From UHGV virus genome UHGV-0110762: a stretch of 37,161 nucleotides of DNA; one strand, given 5' to 3'. Positions 25,016 to 34,265 of this stretch are shown here, piece after piece. The number at the start of each line of letters is the position of its first letter. The first letter of the stretch is position 1. The position numbers and the translations under genes are program-made. Under the pieces are notes generated by a model. The model ran no database searches. It was given only the letters and a program-made list of their open reading frames with translations, and was not told the DNA's origin. This DNA is from a virus.

Positions 25016-25410
25016 AACATCCACTGATCCGCCTGGCGGTTCTGGATGCGTTGAAAGCTGGCATTACCGATCCTGTAACGTGGTCTGATGGCCGTCCCGC
25101 TGTACTTGAGTCCGAAGATCTCCCTGCTGTCGCCGTCTATATCACTGACGCGCAGTCCACGGAGGAATCCATCGACGAAGATATCTGGCGCGCCACGCTT
25201 CATATCGAGGTGTTCCTGAAAGCGAGCGAAACGGATACAGCGCTGGATACCTGGATGGAAAGCAAAATCTATCCCCAGCTTAACGCACTCCCCGGCCTTT
25301 TCCCCTTAATCGAAACCATGTCAGCTCAGGGCTATGACTATCAGCGCGATGACGAAATGGCGACATGGGGATCGGCTGATCTCAAATACTCAATTTCATA
25401 CGTAATGTGA
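25012..25410 (+). CDS. U: Tail terminator protein U
   Basis: [17 protein letters not shown]...[22 protein letters not shown]...LHIEVFL closely resembles lambda gpU. Confidence 0.85.
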   Translation: MKHPLIRLAVLDALKAGITDPVTWSDGRPAVLESEDLPAVAVYITDAQSTEESIDEDIWRATLHIEVFLKASETDTALDTWMESKIYPQLNALPGLFPLIETMSAQGYDYQRDDEMATWGSADLKYSISYVM

Positions 25411-25417
25411 GGTAAAC

Positions 25418-26155
25418 ATGCCAACACCGAACCCGCTTGAGCCCGTAAAAGGGGCAGGCACAACGTTCTGGATTTACAACGGCTCAGGCGACCCTTATGC
25501 CAATCCGACCAGTGACACCGACTGGACCCGTACGGCCAAAATCAAAGACCTGACGCCAGGTGAACTGACCGCAGAGTCCTATGACGACACCTACCTTGAC
25601 GATCCGAATGCAGACTGGGCAAACACAGCGCAGGGGGAGAAGTCAGCCGGTGAAGCCAGTTTCACCCTGGCCTGGAAGCCGGGTGAATCAGGGCAGCAAT
25701 CTCTGGTGGACTGGTTCTATAGCGGCGCCGTGCGCGCCTACAAAATTAAATACCCGAACGGGACGATCGACGTCTTTAAGGGGTGGGTCAGCAGCCTCGG
25801 TAAAACCATCCCGGCGAAGGAAGTCATTACCCGCAGCGTGAAGATCAGCAACAACGGCAAGCCATCGCTGGCGGAAGAAACGCGCGCGCCTGTCGTGCCG
25901 GTTACCGGTGTGACGATTGATAAAGCAACCCTGACTGTTGCCGCCGGCGCGTCTGACACCGTTAACGTTACTGTCAACCCTGCTGGCGCTACAGACAAAT
26001 CTTTCCGTGTTGCCTCCTCTGATCCGGCGAAAGCGACAGTTACTGCTAACGGCGATGTCCTGACCATCACCGGCGTAGCCACAGGCGCTGCTGAAATTAT
26101 CGTGATGTCCAACGACGGGCTGAAAGTCGCGATCTGCAAAGTCACCGTTTCCTGA
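25418..26155 (+). CDS. V: Major tail protein V with C-terminal Ig-like (Big_2) domain
   Basis: [30 protein letters not shown]...[13 protein letters not shown] is near-identical in pattern to lambda gpV; C-terminal [16 protein letters not shown]...VTV is Big_2-like. Confidence 0.9.
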   Translation: MPTPNPLEPVKGAGTTFWIYNGSGDPYANPTSDTDWTRTAKIKDLTPGELTAESYDDTYLDDPNADWANTAQGEKSAGEASFTLAWKPGESGQQSLVDWFYSGAVRAYKIKYPNGTIDVFKGWVSSLGKTIPAKEVITRSVKISNNGKPSLAEETRAPVVPVTGVTIDKATLTVAAGASDTVNVTVNPAGATDKSFRVASSDPAKATVTANGDVLTITGVATGAAEIIVMSNDGLKVAICKVTVS

Positions 26156-26195
26156 CAGGCGGGGCGCTGGCCCCGTCATTTTCCTGGAGTACTCC

Positions 26196-26606
26196 ATGAG
26201 CTTTCTGAAATCTGAGCCGTTCACCTATAACGGCAGCACCATCCAGTTGTTTGAGTTGTCTGGCCTGCAACGTATTGAATATCTGCAATACCTGGCGAAG
26301 GAAGAAAAAACATTGCCGAAAGACGAAGGTGATGAGGGATATCTCCCGTTACGGGTTAGCAGCAATCTCCGGAGCGGCGCGATGGTGATCGCGTTATCGC
26401 TATGGCAGGGGGACACCTCTAAAGAGATCGATTCTCTGCATTATGAAGTGCTGTCCGGCTGGCCGCCGGGAATGATTGGCGCTGGCGAACTTTTTGTGAA
26501 AACGCTTTCTGACATGATCCCTGTATCGGAACCGGTACCGGCGGACGAAGAGAAAAGTACAGACGTAGTGACGGAAGACGAGCCCATCAGCGCGGAAAAG
26601 CATTAG
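26196..26606 (+). CDS. G: Tail assembly chaperone G
   Basis: MSFLKSEPFTYNGSTIQLFELSGLQRIEYL resembles lambda gpG; followed by a -1 frame T ORF. Confidence 0.8.
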   Translation: MSFLKSEPFTYNGSTIQLFELSGLQRIEYLQYLAKEEKTLPKDEGDEGYLPLRVSSNLRSGAMVIALSLWQGDTSKEIDSLHYEVLSGWPPGMIGAGELFVKTLSDMIPVSEPVPADEEKSTDVVTEDEPISAEKH

Positions 26607-26935
26607 CCGGTGAGCTGAGCTTTGTAATGAAGCTGGCGCGCGAGTTTCGGCGCCCCGACTGGCGCGTCATGCTTGCCGGCATGTCATCGTCCGAGCTGGC
26701 TGAATGGGGGCGTTACTATCAGCAGCAGTATTTTGAAGGCGATCTTCTGGACACCCATTTCTCCCGTCTCAGCCATCTTATGGTTTCAATGCTGTGTTCA
26801 AAAGCCGAATTTACGCCCCGTGATTTTAGCCTGCTTAACCCACCTGAGCAGGATACCTTACCGATGGATGACGATGTGATGATGTCTGCGGCGGAAAGCC
26901 TGGGAGGAGTGCGCTATGGCCCAGTCAGTGGGTGA
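26598..26935 (+). CDS. T: T portion of the G-T tail assembly chaperone, expressed by -1 programmed frameshift from G
   Basis: ORF 26627..26935 is in the -1 frame relative to G and open back to the candidate slippery heptamer GGAAAAG at 26594-26600, just before the G stop. Confidence 0.55.
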
Positions 26936-29609
26936 CCTGATAGTAAATCTGGATGTTGATTCGACTAAATTCACGGAGCAGGTTAATCGTGTAAATAAGC
27001 AGCTCAAAGGCACTGGTCAGGCCGCAAATGACGCTGCCCTTCAGGTCCAAAAGTCCTTTACCCGCCATGAAGTAGCAGCAAAAAGAGCGGGCTTGTCCGT
27101 AGGGCAGTACAGCAATGCTATGCGCATGTTGCCTGCACAGTTTACGGATGTTGCCACACAGTTAGCAGGGGGGCAGAACCCCTGGCTGATTCTGCTCCAG
27201 CAGGGCGGGCAGGTAAAAGACATGTTTGGCGGGATTCGACCAATGCTGGTTGGTCTTGCCAGTTCAATCTCACCTGTAATGCTGGGCGTTGGTGCGTTAA
27301 CCGCTGGCACCGCGGCGCTGATGTACTCGTACTATCAGGGATCAAGTACATTATCCGAATTCAATAAAACGTTGGTGCTCACCGGGAACACTGCCGGGCT
27401 CACTGCAGTCCGTATGCAAACTATTGCAGCAGCCGGCGAAAAAGCGGGATTAACTTTCAATCAGACCAGTCAGGCATTGACGGCACTAGTTAACGCTGGC
27501 GTTCGCGCGGGTGCTAACTTTGAAGGGCTTGCGATCTCGGTTGCGAAATTCACAGATGCATCCGGTCTGCCGGTCGATAAGGTGGCCGAAGCATTTGGAC
27601 GCATGGTCAACGATCCGGCGTCAGGGCTGCTGGCGATGGCGCAGCAGTTTCACAATGTCACGGCTGAACAGGTTGAATATGTTGCCGCTCTGCAGCGCTC
27701 AGGAAATGAAGCAGGGGCTCTACAGGCGGCAAACGAAGCAGCAACCGCCGGGTTCAACAAGCAGACTGCCAGTATCCGCGACAACATGGGCTCGATTGAA
27801 TCCGCTGCGGACTCTCTGAAAAATGCCTTTAAATCCATGTGGGATGCGGCGCTGGATATCGGCAGGCCGGATACCTCTCAGGAAATGCTGAGCAAGGCAG
27901 AGGCGGCCTTCAGGCGGGCGGATGAAATCTGGGATTTGCGAAAGGGCGATCGTTATGTCAACGATGAAGCGCGCGCCCGCTTCTGGAATGACCGTGAGAC
28001 AGCCCGCCAGGCGCTGGATATGGCGCAGCAACAGGCACGCAATTCTCAACTCGCCCAGGAAAGCGCTACCCGTGAGGCAGGACTGGAAGCCGATCGCCTC
28101 AAGTACGCGCAACAGGCCCAGGCGAATTACAGCAAATCGCAGACGGCTCTGGAGAAGTACACCGATCGCCAGAACGAACTGAACAAAGCGTTGAAAGAAG
28201 GTAGGATCCTTCAGGCTGATTACAACATCAATCTGGCCGCGGCGAGAAAGGAATATGAGGACTCGCTGAAGAAACCGACGAAAGTCAGGACGCCGGGTGG
28301 AACGAAGCTTACCGACAGTACCAGTGCTCAGACTCTGGAATTGCAAACTCAACTGGAGGTTTTACGGCAGCATACTGGAATCAACGACAAGATCAGCCTG
28401 CAGCGGCAGCAGTTATGGAAAGAGCAGGCCAAATTCACTGTACTCGAGCAAGCTGCGAAAAATCGCGTACTCACTGATGATGAAAAATCAGTGCTCGCCA
28501 GCAAAGACAAGGTGCTCGCCCAGGCGGAGATCAATGCCGGATTGGGAGATCAGATCGTCATTCAGGAACGCCTCAACCGCCTGCAGGACTCATCTCAGAA
28601 ATATGTGACCCAGATGGGTGAGAAAACCCGCGCGCTGGCCGATAGTGCTGGCATGAGCAGTCGTCAGGCACAGCGCCGTCTTGAAGAGGCCCAACTCCTT
28701 CAGGGCTGGAAAAATTCGGGCGGCAATGAAAGCGATAAAGGCTATCAGAATGAGTTGACCGCGCTCAGGAATTACTACGGTCAGCAGGATGCGATCAGGC
28801 AGAACTGGCAGGCTGGTGCCTTAACATCCATGGCGAATTTCGCCGATGAAGCTTCTAACTATAACCTGACGGCTGCTAACGCAGCATCTTCGTTACTTAA
28901 TCAAACAACTAATTCAATGGCTAATGCTTTTAGCGGAATTATCACCCAAGCGAAATCTGTCGGTGATGCATTCGGGAATATGTTCTCCAGCATGGGCGAG
29001 ACGGTTATTCAGACCCTGTCGCAAATGGCTGCTCAATGGCTCGTTTACCAGGCTGTTCAGCTAATGGTTGGTAAAGGCACCCAAGCTTCAGCCGCAGCCG
29101 CAATGACCAGCAATGCCACAGCCAGTGCATTAATGGCCCAATTAAATGCCTACGCTTCTACTGCGGCGATCCCTATCGTGGGGCCAGCGCTCGCACCCGC
29201 TGCGATGGCTGCGGCTGCGGCAGTAACATCGCCAATGGTTGCGGCCATATCAGCCGCCTCTCTGATGGGTATGGCTCACGATGGTCTTGATAAGGTTCCA
29301 GCGACGGGGACTTGGTTGCTTCAACAAGGAGAGCGAGTCGTTAAGTCTAATACCTCAGCAAAATTGGATGCGACTCTCACCGATATTCAAAAACAACGTG
29401 AAAATAACGCAATGCAGGGTCAATTCAATTATTCACCAACCATTCAGGTTAATGGTGATCCTGATGCACGTACAATTGCGATGATGGAAGCGGCTGTGAA
29501 ACGCGGGGCGACCCAGGGCTTTGACATGGTCGTAAATAGCTTGTCGAAAGGGCAGGGGAAAGTTCATGACGCGGTTAATGTTATGTACGCAAAAAGGAAG
29601 GCTAGATAA
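26916..29609 (+). CDS. H: Tail tape measure protein H
   Basis: 897 aa; N-terminal MAQSVGDLIVNLDVDSTKFTEQ and long stretches (QYSNAMRMLPAQFTDVATQLAGGQNPWLILLQQGGQVKD) match lambda gpH as recalled. Confidence 0.9.
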   Translation: MAQSVGDLIVNLDVDSTKFTEQVNRVNKQLKGTGQAANDAALQVQKSFTRHEVAAKRAGLSVGQYSNAMRMLPAQFTDVATQLAGGQNPWLILLQQGGQVKDMFGGIRPMLVGLASSISPVMLGVGALTAGTAALMYSYYQGSSTLSEFNKTLVLTGNTAGLTAVRMQTIAAAGEKAGLTFNQTSQALTALVNAGVRAGANFEGLAISVAKFTDASGLPVDKVAEAFGRMVNDPASGLLAMAQQFHNVTAEQVEYVAALQRSGNEAGALQAANEAATAGFNKQTASIRDNMGSIESAADSLKNAFKSMWDAALDIGRPDTSQEMLSKAEAAFRRADEIWDLRKGDRYVNDEARARFWNDRETARQALDMAQQQARNSQLAQESATREAGLEADRLKYAQQAQANYSKSQTALEKYTDRQNELNKALKEGRILQADYNINLAAARKEYEDSLKKPTKVRTPGGTKLTDSTSAQTLELQTQLEVLRQHTGINDKISLQRQQLWKEQAKFTVLEQAAKNRVLTDDEKSVLASKDKVLAQAEINAGLGDQIVIQERLNRLQDSSQKYVTQMGEKTRALADSAGMSSRQAQRRLEEAQLLQGWKNSGGNESDKGYQNELTALRNYYGQQDAIRQNWQAGALTSMANFADEASNYNLTAANAASSLLNQTTNSMANAFSGIITQAKSVGDAFGNMFSSMGETVIQTLSQMAAQWLVYQAVQLMVGKGTQASAAAAMTSNATASALMAQLNAYASTAAIPIVGPALAPAAMAAAAAVTSPMVAAISAASLMGMAHDGLDKVPATGTWLLQQGERVVKSNTSAKLDATLTDIQKQRENNAMQGQFNYSPTIQVNGDPDARTIAMMEAAVKRGATQGFDMVVNSLSKGQGKVHDAVNVMYAKRKAR

Positions 29610-30070
29610 TGGCTGATATTTTCTACCCTAAAGAATTACCGATCCCATTAAAAGATGGTTTTGGGCTCGAGCCCATAAGTCCTTTTCTTCGTACCAAATT
29701 AACCTCAGGCCGTTCCAGGCAACGCCGAATTTATAGCTCGGTTCCTACGCAAGCGAGCGTGAAATGGTCATTTAAGAGAGATAATGAAGCCCAGTTATTT
29801 GAGGCATGGTTTCGGGACGCTCTTACAGATGGTGTTGCCTGGTTTTATATGCGCCTTAAAACTCCTTTGGGGATTCAACCTTATAAGTGTCGTTTTGTAG
29901 ATATTTATCAGGGCCCAATTTTGGCAAGCGGTAAATTCTGGCAATTTACCGCAACGCTGGAATTGTGGGAACGGCCACTATTGCCGCCAGGTTGGGGATT
30001 ATTTCCCGAGATGGTGGCTGGTTCTGACATTATCGATCTGGCGCTGAATAAGGAGTGGCCCGAAGCATGA
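29609..30070 (+). CDS. Minor tail (tail tip) protein, in the gpM position
   Basis: TAATG overlap with H; 153 aa; assignment by position, sequence not obviously lambda M-like. Confidence 0.55.
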   Translation: MADIFYPKELPIPLKDGFGLEPISPFLRTKLTSGRSRQRRIYSSVPTQASVKWSFKRDNEAQLFEAWFRDALTDGVAWFYMRLKTPLGIQPYKCRFVDIYQGPILASGKFWQFTATLELWERPLLPPGWGLFPEMVAGSDIIDLALNKEWPEA

Positions 30071-30555
30071 CCAGTGCGGTTCTCAACCGGCTTTACGCAT
30101 CCGGTGGTGATGAGGTCATCCTGGACACGCTACAAATCACCGTTGGTGGTCAGGATTACTGGCTGACCCGCGGATGGGATGACATAACTGTTACCCTGGA
30201 AACGGGCAGCGAGGCGACATTCACCGGTTCTGCCATTGATGTGGCGCTGCCAGCGCGCAACGCCGACGGCACGCAGGATCTAAAATTCGCCATCAGCAAT
30301 ATCGACGGCATTGTATCAACGGCGATCCGTAATGCGCTCGACAATTTGAGCAATGCATCACTGACCTTTCGACGGTACGTCTCCACCGATCTGTCAGCAC
30401 CCGCAGCTCCCCCGTTCACCCTCGCGATTAAAGAGGGTTCCTGGACAGCAACGGAGGTGCAGATCACCGCCGGCTACATGAACATTCTCGATACGTCATG
30501 GCCGCGCTACCGTTACACGCTGCCGGACTTCCCGGGACTTCGTTACCTGCAGTAG
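30067..30555 (+). CDS. Minor tail (tail tip) protein, in the gpL position
   Basis: ATG 30067 with AAGGAG RBS and ATGA overlap; assignment by position. Confidence 0.5.
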   Translation: MTSAVLNRLYASGGDEVILDTLQITVGGQDYWLTRGWDDITVTLETGSEATFTGSAIDVALPARNADGTQDLKFAISNIDGIVSTAIRNALDNLSNASLTFRRYVSTDLSAPAAPPFTLAIKEGSWTATEVQITAGYMNILDTSWPRYRYTLPDFPGLRYLQ

Positions 30556-30564
30556 GAAATCATT

Positions 30565-31119
30565 ATGGCTAAATACAATACCGGAAATCCGCTGCCGTCA
30601 GAGAATCCTCGTAATATCCACCATGAATGTCACGACCAGCCTGATCTCATCACACGAGCAGAGGAAGAAAAGAGATTAAGGAGCCGAATGGTGAGCTTAT
30701 CAAACGCCTCAAAAATGAATTCATCCTCCAGAGAAGGTCGGTTTAATCCTGAAAAATACCTCTCGGTTACATGGCAGATGGGCGGCCGCGATTACCCGGT
30801 TCTCGACTGTTATGGCGTAATTCATGAGGTGAGGCGCGATCTAGGTCTGCCGGACTGGCCTGTTTTTGAGGGTGTTATTAACGAAGGCTCTCAGATGAAT
30901 GACACCTGCAACGGCTTCCTCAGCAGTATCGAAAAATGCGAGCCAGAAGAGGGTGCGGTAGCGGCGTGTTATACCGCGGGACTAGTAACGCATCTGGGAA
31001 TCGCCGTCACCGTTAATGGCGCTTTGCACGTCCTCGAGGCTAACCCTAAACGCAACGTGACCATATTACCTCTGGCCCGATTTCTCCGGCAGTACGTCAA
31101 AGTGGAGTTCTATAAGTGA
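30565..31119 (+). CDS. Tail tip assembly protein with NlpC/P60-like Cys-His peptidase motifs (gpK-like)
   Basis: VLDCYGVIHEV ... HLGIAV ... GALHVLEAN pattern; position between tail tip proteins and the J-like gene. Confidence 0.55.
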   Translation: MAKYNTGNPLPSENPRNIHHECHDQPDLITRAEEEKRLRSRMVSLSNASKMNSSSREGRFNPEKYLSVTWQMGGRDYPVLDCYGVIHEVRRDLGLPDWPVFEGVINEGSQMNDTCNGFLSSIEKCEPEEGAVAACYTAGLVTHLGIAVTVNGALHVLEANPKRNVTILPLARFLRQYVKVEFYK

Positions 31120-34100
31120 CGATCCGAATTTATCCCTCCCGAATCGAAGGCGAACCGCTGGAGTCGCATCAGCACGCCAGCACCACCATTGCCGACTGGT
31201 TCACCAGAAACGTGCAGGGCTGGCAGCCTGACATGACCCACCCGGTGGCGCTGGAGTTGAATGGTGTGTCTATCCCTCCGAATGAGTGGAGTGCGCAGAT
31301 TATCGCACCGGATGATGATGTACGCCTGTATCCCGTTCCGTTTGGCCCGGCGGCGCCAGCCTGGCTGGTCTGGACGGCAGTGGCAATAGCCGTCGCCTCT
31401 GCCGCCTACTCCATCTACATGATGAGCACCATGCAGACCGGCGGCGCCAGCCAGCCCGGCAACGGGGATCAACTCGAGCTCAACCCTGCAAAGGCCAATA
31501 TGGCAAAACTGGGCGATCCCATCCGGGAGATATTTGGTCGCTATAAGGTGTGGCCGGATTACGTCGTCCAGCCGGTTTCGCGCTTCGATTCCGCCGATCC
31601 CAAAAAATACGTGACCAGCATGTTTTTATGCGTGGGGGTGGGCGACATGGCACTGCCCGCGTCGGCGATACGCATTGGCTCCACGCCAGCATCCGCGTTC
31701 GGCAGTGATGTCAGCGCCACCATCTATCCACCGGGTGCCAGCGTTGCGGCCGATAGTCGTTCCGAGAACTGGTTCAACAGCGGCGAGGTGGGGAATACCA
31801 CTTCGGGTACCGCAGGCCTCGACCTCGGCTCAACCGGCCCGCAGACGGTCAGTATCATCTCTGATGCCATTCTGGTGAGCGGTAACACTCTTTCCCTGAT
31901 TGCGGCCACGGCCAGCGACGGTGAAACGGAGATCCCGGCGGCCTGGGTTGTTGGCACAGTAATCACGGTAGTAGCACCAAACTCCTACCGGGTTGCCAAT
32001 GCCGGCGGGTACAGCGTGATTTATGGTGATGTTGCTGAGCTACGGCCAGCTGCAGGCATGCCTGTCTCGGTGACGTTTAATGAGTCGGCTTATGATCTGT
32101 ATATCGCCAGTTACGCAGCAGGCGTTCCGGCGGTGCCCGGGGTGGGTGGTTCGACAGCGAGCATTACCGCCAGCGCCGCGCCCACCACGTACGATTTCAC
32201 GGCAACGCCGGTTACGTTCACGATCGGCTGGAAAGGCACGACGTATGCTATCTCACTCATTACCAGTTACGTCACGATGTCCGGACTGGTTAATACCATA
32301 TCAAACCAGCTCACCGGTTCCGGCCTGATCGCGCGCGATACTGGTGGCCGGCTGCAGATTGCCGAGGAAAGCAGCCCGTTTGCCGGGGGGGCCATCAGTC
32401 ACAGCGCTCTTCCGGTCTCCGTATTCGGCAGCGCTACGGTAGATGTTACCGGGGTGGCCTCGACGGGCGGTACCGCGGCGGTTGAGGCAAATATCACGCT
32501 GGCGTATGACAGTGCGACAGGCAAGCCTTTCACCGGCATCCCTGATGGCGTACAGCGGATCGGTATCGGCTATGCCGACGGCCAGTTCCGCATTACCGAT
32601 ATTGATGATCAGACCATCACGGTTGAGCGGGTGGTCGTCACCCAGGACACCAGTGGTAATGATGTTGTCACCGTGGACCCGACCTGGCCGGGGTTCACCG
32701 AGCGTACGCTGCTCGATGCCCAGGTCACCGGCGTGAATGATGATTACGCCTGGCTGGGGCCCTTCCTTGCCTGTCCGGACGGAGAAACCACGACTGCCAT
32801 CGAGAATAACTTCATTTTCCCCAATGGCCACATCCAGTACAAAAAGAACGGAGATCCCCAGTCGCACACCGTGCGGGTTCTGGTTCAGTACCGCAATGCC
32901 GCCTCTGCGGGAGCCTGGTCGCAGGTGGTTTATAACTTCACCAACAAAACCGCAGATGGCCACGGTTATACCCGGCGCATCAGCGGGCTGGCGGCAGCAC
33001 AGTATGAAGTCCGCGTGCGGCGCACGACAAAAATTGGCGGCGCAAGGACGGTGAACAATCTTTACTGGCAGGCGATGCGCTCGCGGTTAAGCAGACGCCC
33101 GGGGAGCTATGCCGGTGTGACGACCCTTGCGATGACGGTACGGACCGGTAACCGCCTGGCGGCCCAGTCCGATCGCCGCGTTAACGTCACTCCCACACGG
33201 CTATATAACGGACACGCTTCGCGCAGTATCAGCGGGGCGCTGTATCACGTTCTGGAATCTCTGGGTTTCCGCCCTGAGCAAATTGACCGCGCAGCGATTG
33301 ACGCCCTCGAGCAGACCTGGTGGACCCCTCGCGGGGAAACGTTCGACTGGGCCACCGGTGACAGTAAGTCGGCACTCGAGGTGCTGAAAATTATTACCGG
33401 CGCAGGGATGGGGTATTTCCTGCTGTCAGATGGACTGGTATCCGCCGGGCGGGAGGGCGTGAAAAACTGGACCGGAATGATCACCCCTCAGGAGACTACT
33501 GAAGAGCTTCAGACCGCGTTCAAGGCACCGAGCCAGGACGATTATGACGGCGTGGATGTGACGTATATCAACGGCACGACCTGGGCAGAAGAAACCGTAC
33601 AGTGCCGTCAGCCCGGAAACTCCACGCCAGTGAAGGTGGAAGACTACAGGCTGGAAGGGGTTGTGGATCAGGATCGGGCGTACCGTATTGGCATGCGCCG
33701 CTTGCGCGGATACCAGCTCCAGCGCCTGCAGCATACGACCAGTACGGAGATGGACGCGCTCTGCTACCAGTTTATGGACCGCATCATCCTCACTGATGAT
33801 ATTCCCGGTAACCAGACACTGAGCTGCCTCATCACTGAAATGAGCTGGGACAGCACAGCGATCATCATGTCGGTCAGCGAGCCGCCGGACTGGAGTTTTC
33901 CAAATCCGCGGGTGGTGATCCGCCACCAGGACGGACGGGCGTCGCCGCTACAGGTTCCGACGCGCATCGATGATTACACCCTGCGTATTCCATACAGCGC
34001 CGCGCTGGCACCGGAAGAATGGGAGATGGACAGTCCGTACATTGAGCCGCCGCGCCTGCTGTTCTGTTCGTCATCCCGTGTCGGGTATGACGCGCTGGTT

Positions 34101-34208
34101 GGCGAGATTTCTCCCGGAGGTGATGGGACCAGCAGTATTTCAGCCATTCAGTACCATCCCGATAAATATAAGTACGATGACGCCAGCTACCCCGGCGATG
34201 TCTCCTGA
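31116..34208 (+). CDS. Central tail fibre / host specificity protein (J-like), with an N-terminal region resembling a fused gpI-like segment
   Basis: 1030 aa, GTGA overlap with upstream gene; N-terminal about 100 aa contain a hydrophobic stretch (AAPAWLVWTAVAIAVASAAYSIYMM) as in lambda gpI; no separate I-like gene present. Confidence 0.75.
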   Translation: MTIRIYPSRIEGEPLESHQHASTTIADWFTRNVQGWQPDMTHPVALELNGVSIPPNEWSAQIIAPDDDVRLYPVPFGPAAPAWLVWTAVAIAVASAAYSIYMMSTMQTGGASQPGNGDQLELNPAKANMAKLGDPIREIFGRYKVWPDYVVQPVSRFDSADPKKYVTSMFLCVGVGDMALPASAIRIGSTPASAFGSDVSATIYPPGASVAADSRSENWFNSGEVGNTTSGTAGLDLGSTGPQTVSIISDAILVSGNTLSLIAATASDGETEIPAAWVVGTVITVVAPNSYRVANAGGYSVIYGDVAELRPAAGMPVSVTFNESAYDLYIASYAAGVPAVPGVGGSTASITASAAPTTYDFTATPVTFTIGWKGTTYAISLITSYVTMSGLVNTISNQLTGSGLIARDTGGRLQIAEESSPFAGGAISHSALPVSVFGSATVDVTGVASTGGTAAVEANITLAYDSATGKPFTGIPDGVQRIGIGYADGQFRITDIDDQTITVERVVVTQDTSGNDVVTVDPTWPGFTERTLLDAQVTGVNDDYAWLGPFLACPDGETTTAIENNFIFPNGHIQYKKNGDPQSHTVRVLVQYRNAASAGAWSQVVYNFTNKTADGHGYTRRISGLAAAQYEVRVRRTTKIGGARTVNNLYWQAMRSRLSRRPGSYAGVTTLAMTVRTGNRLAAQSDRRVNVTPTRLYNGHASRSISGALYHVLESLGFRPEQIDRAAIDALEQTWWTPRGETFDWATGDSKSALEVLKIITGAGMGYFLLSDGLVSAGREGVKNWTGMITPQETTEELQTAFKAPSQDDYDGVDVTYINGTTWAEETVQCRQPGNSTPVKVEDYRLEGVVDQDRAYRIGMRRLRGYQLQRLQHTTSTEMDALCYQFMDRIILTDDIPGNQTLSCLITEMSWDSTAIIMSVSEPPDWSFPNPRVVIRHQDGRASPLQVPTRIDDYTLRIPYSAALAPEEWEMDSPYIEPPRLLFCSSSRVGYDALVGEISPGGDGTSSISAIQYHPDKYKYDDASYPGDVS

Positions 34209-34227
34209 AAACACCCTTAATTGCATA

Positions 34228-34249
34228 ACCCGCTCCGGCGGGTTTTTTT
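34228..34249 (+). terminator. Rho-independent terminator between J-like gene and tail spike gene
   Basis: ACCCGC-TCCG-GCGGGT hairpin followed by TTTTTTT. Confidence 0.6.
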
Positions 34250-34265
34250 ATGCTGGAGAAATACA

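Noticed and set aside
27720-28352. 210-aa minus-strand ORF inside the tape measure gene, and 220-aa and 166-aa minus-strand ORFs inside the J-like gene (32301..32963, 33426..33926)
   Set aside because: All antisense to well-supported long structural genes; considered spurious.
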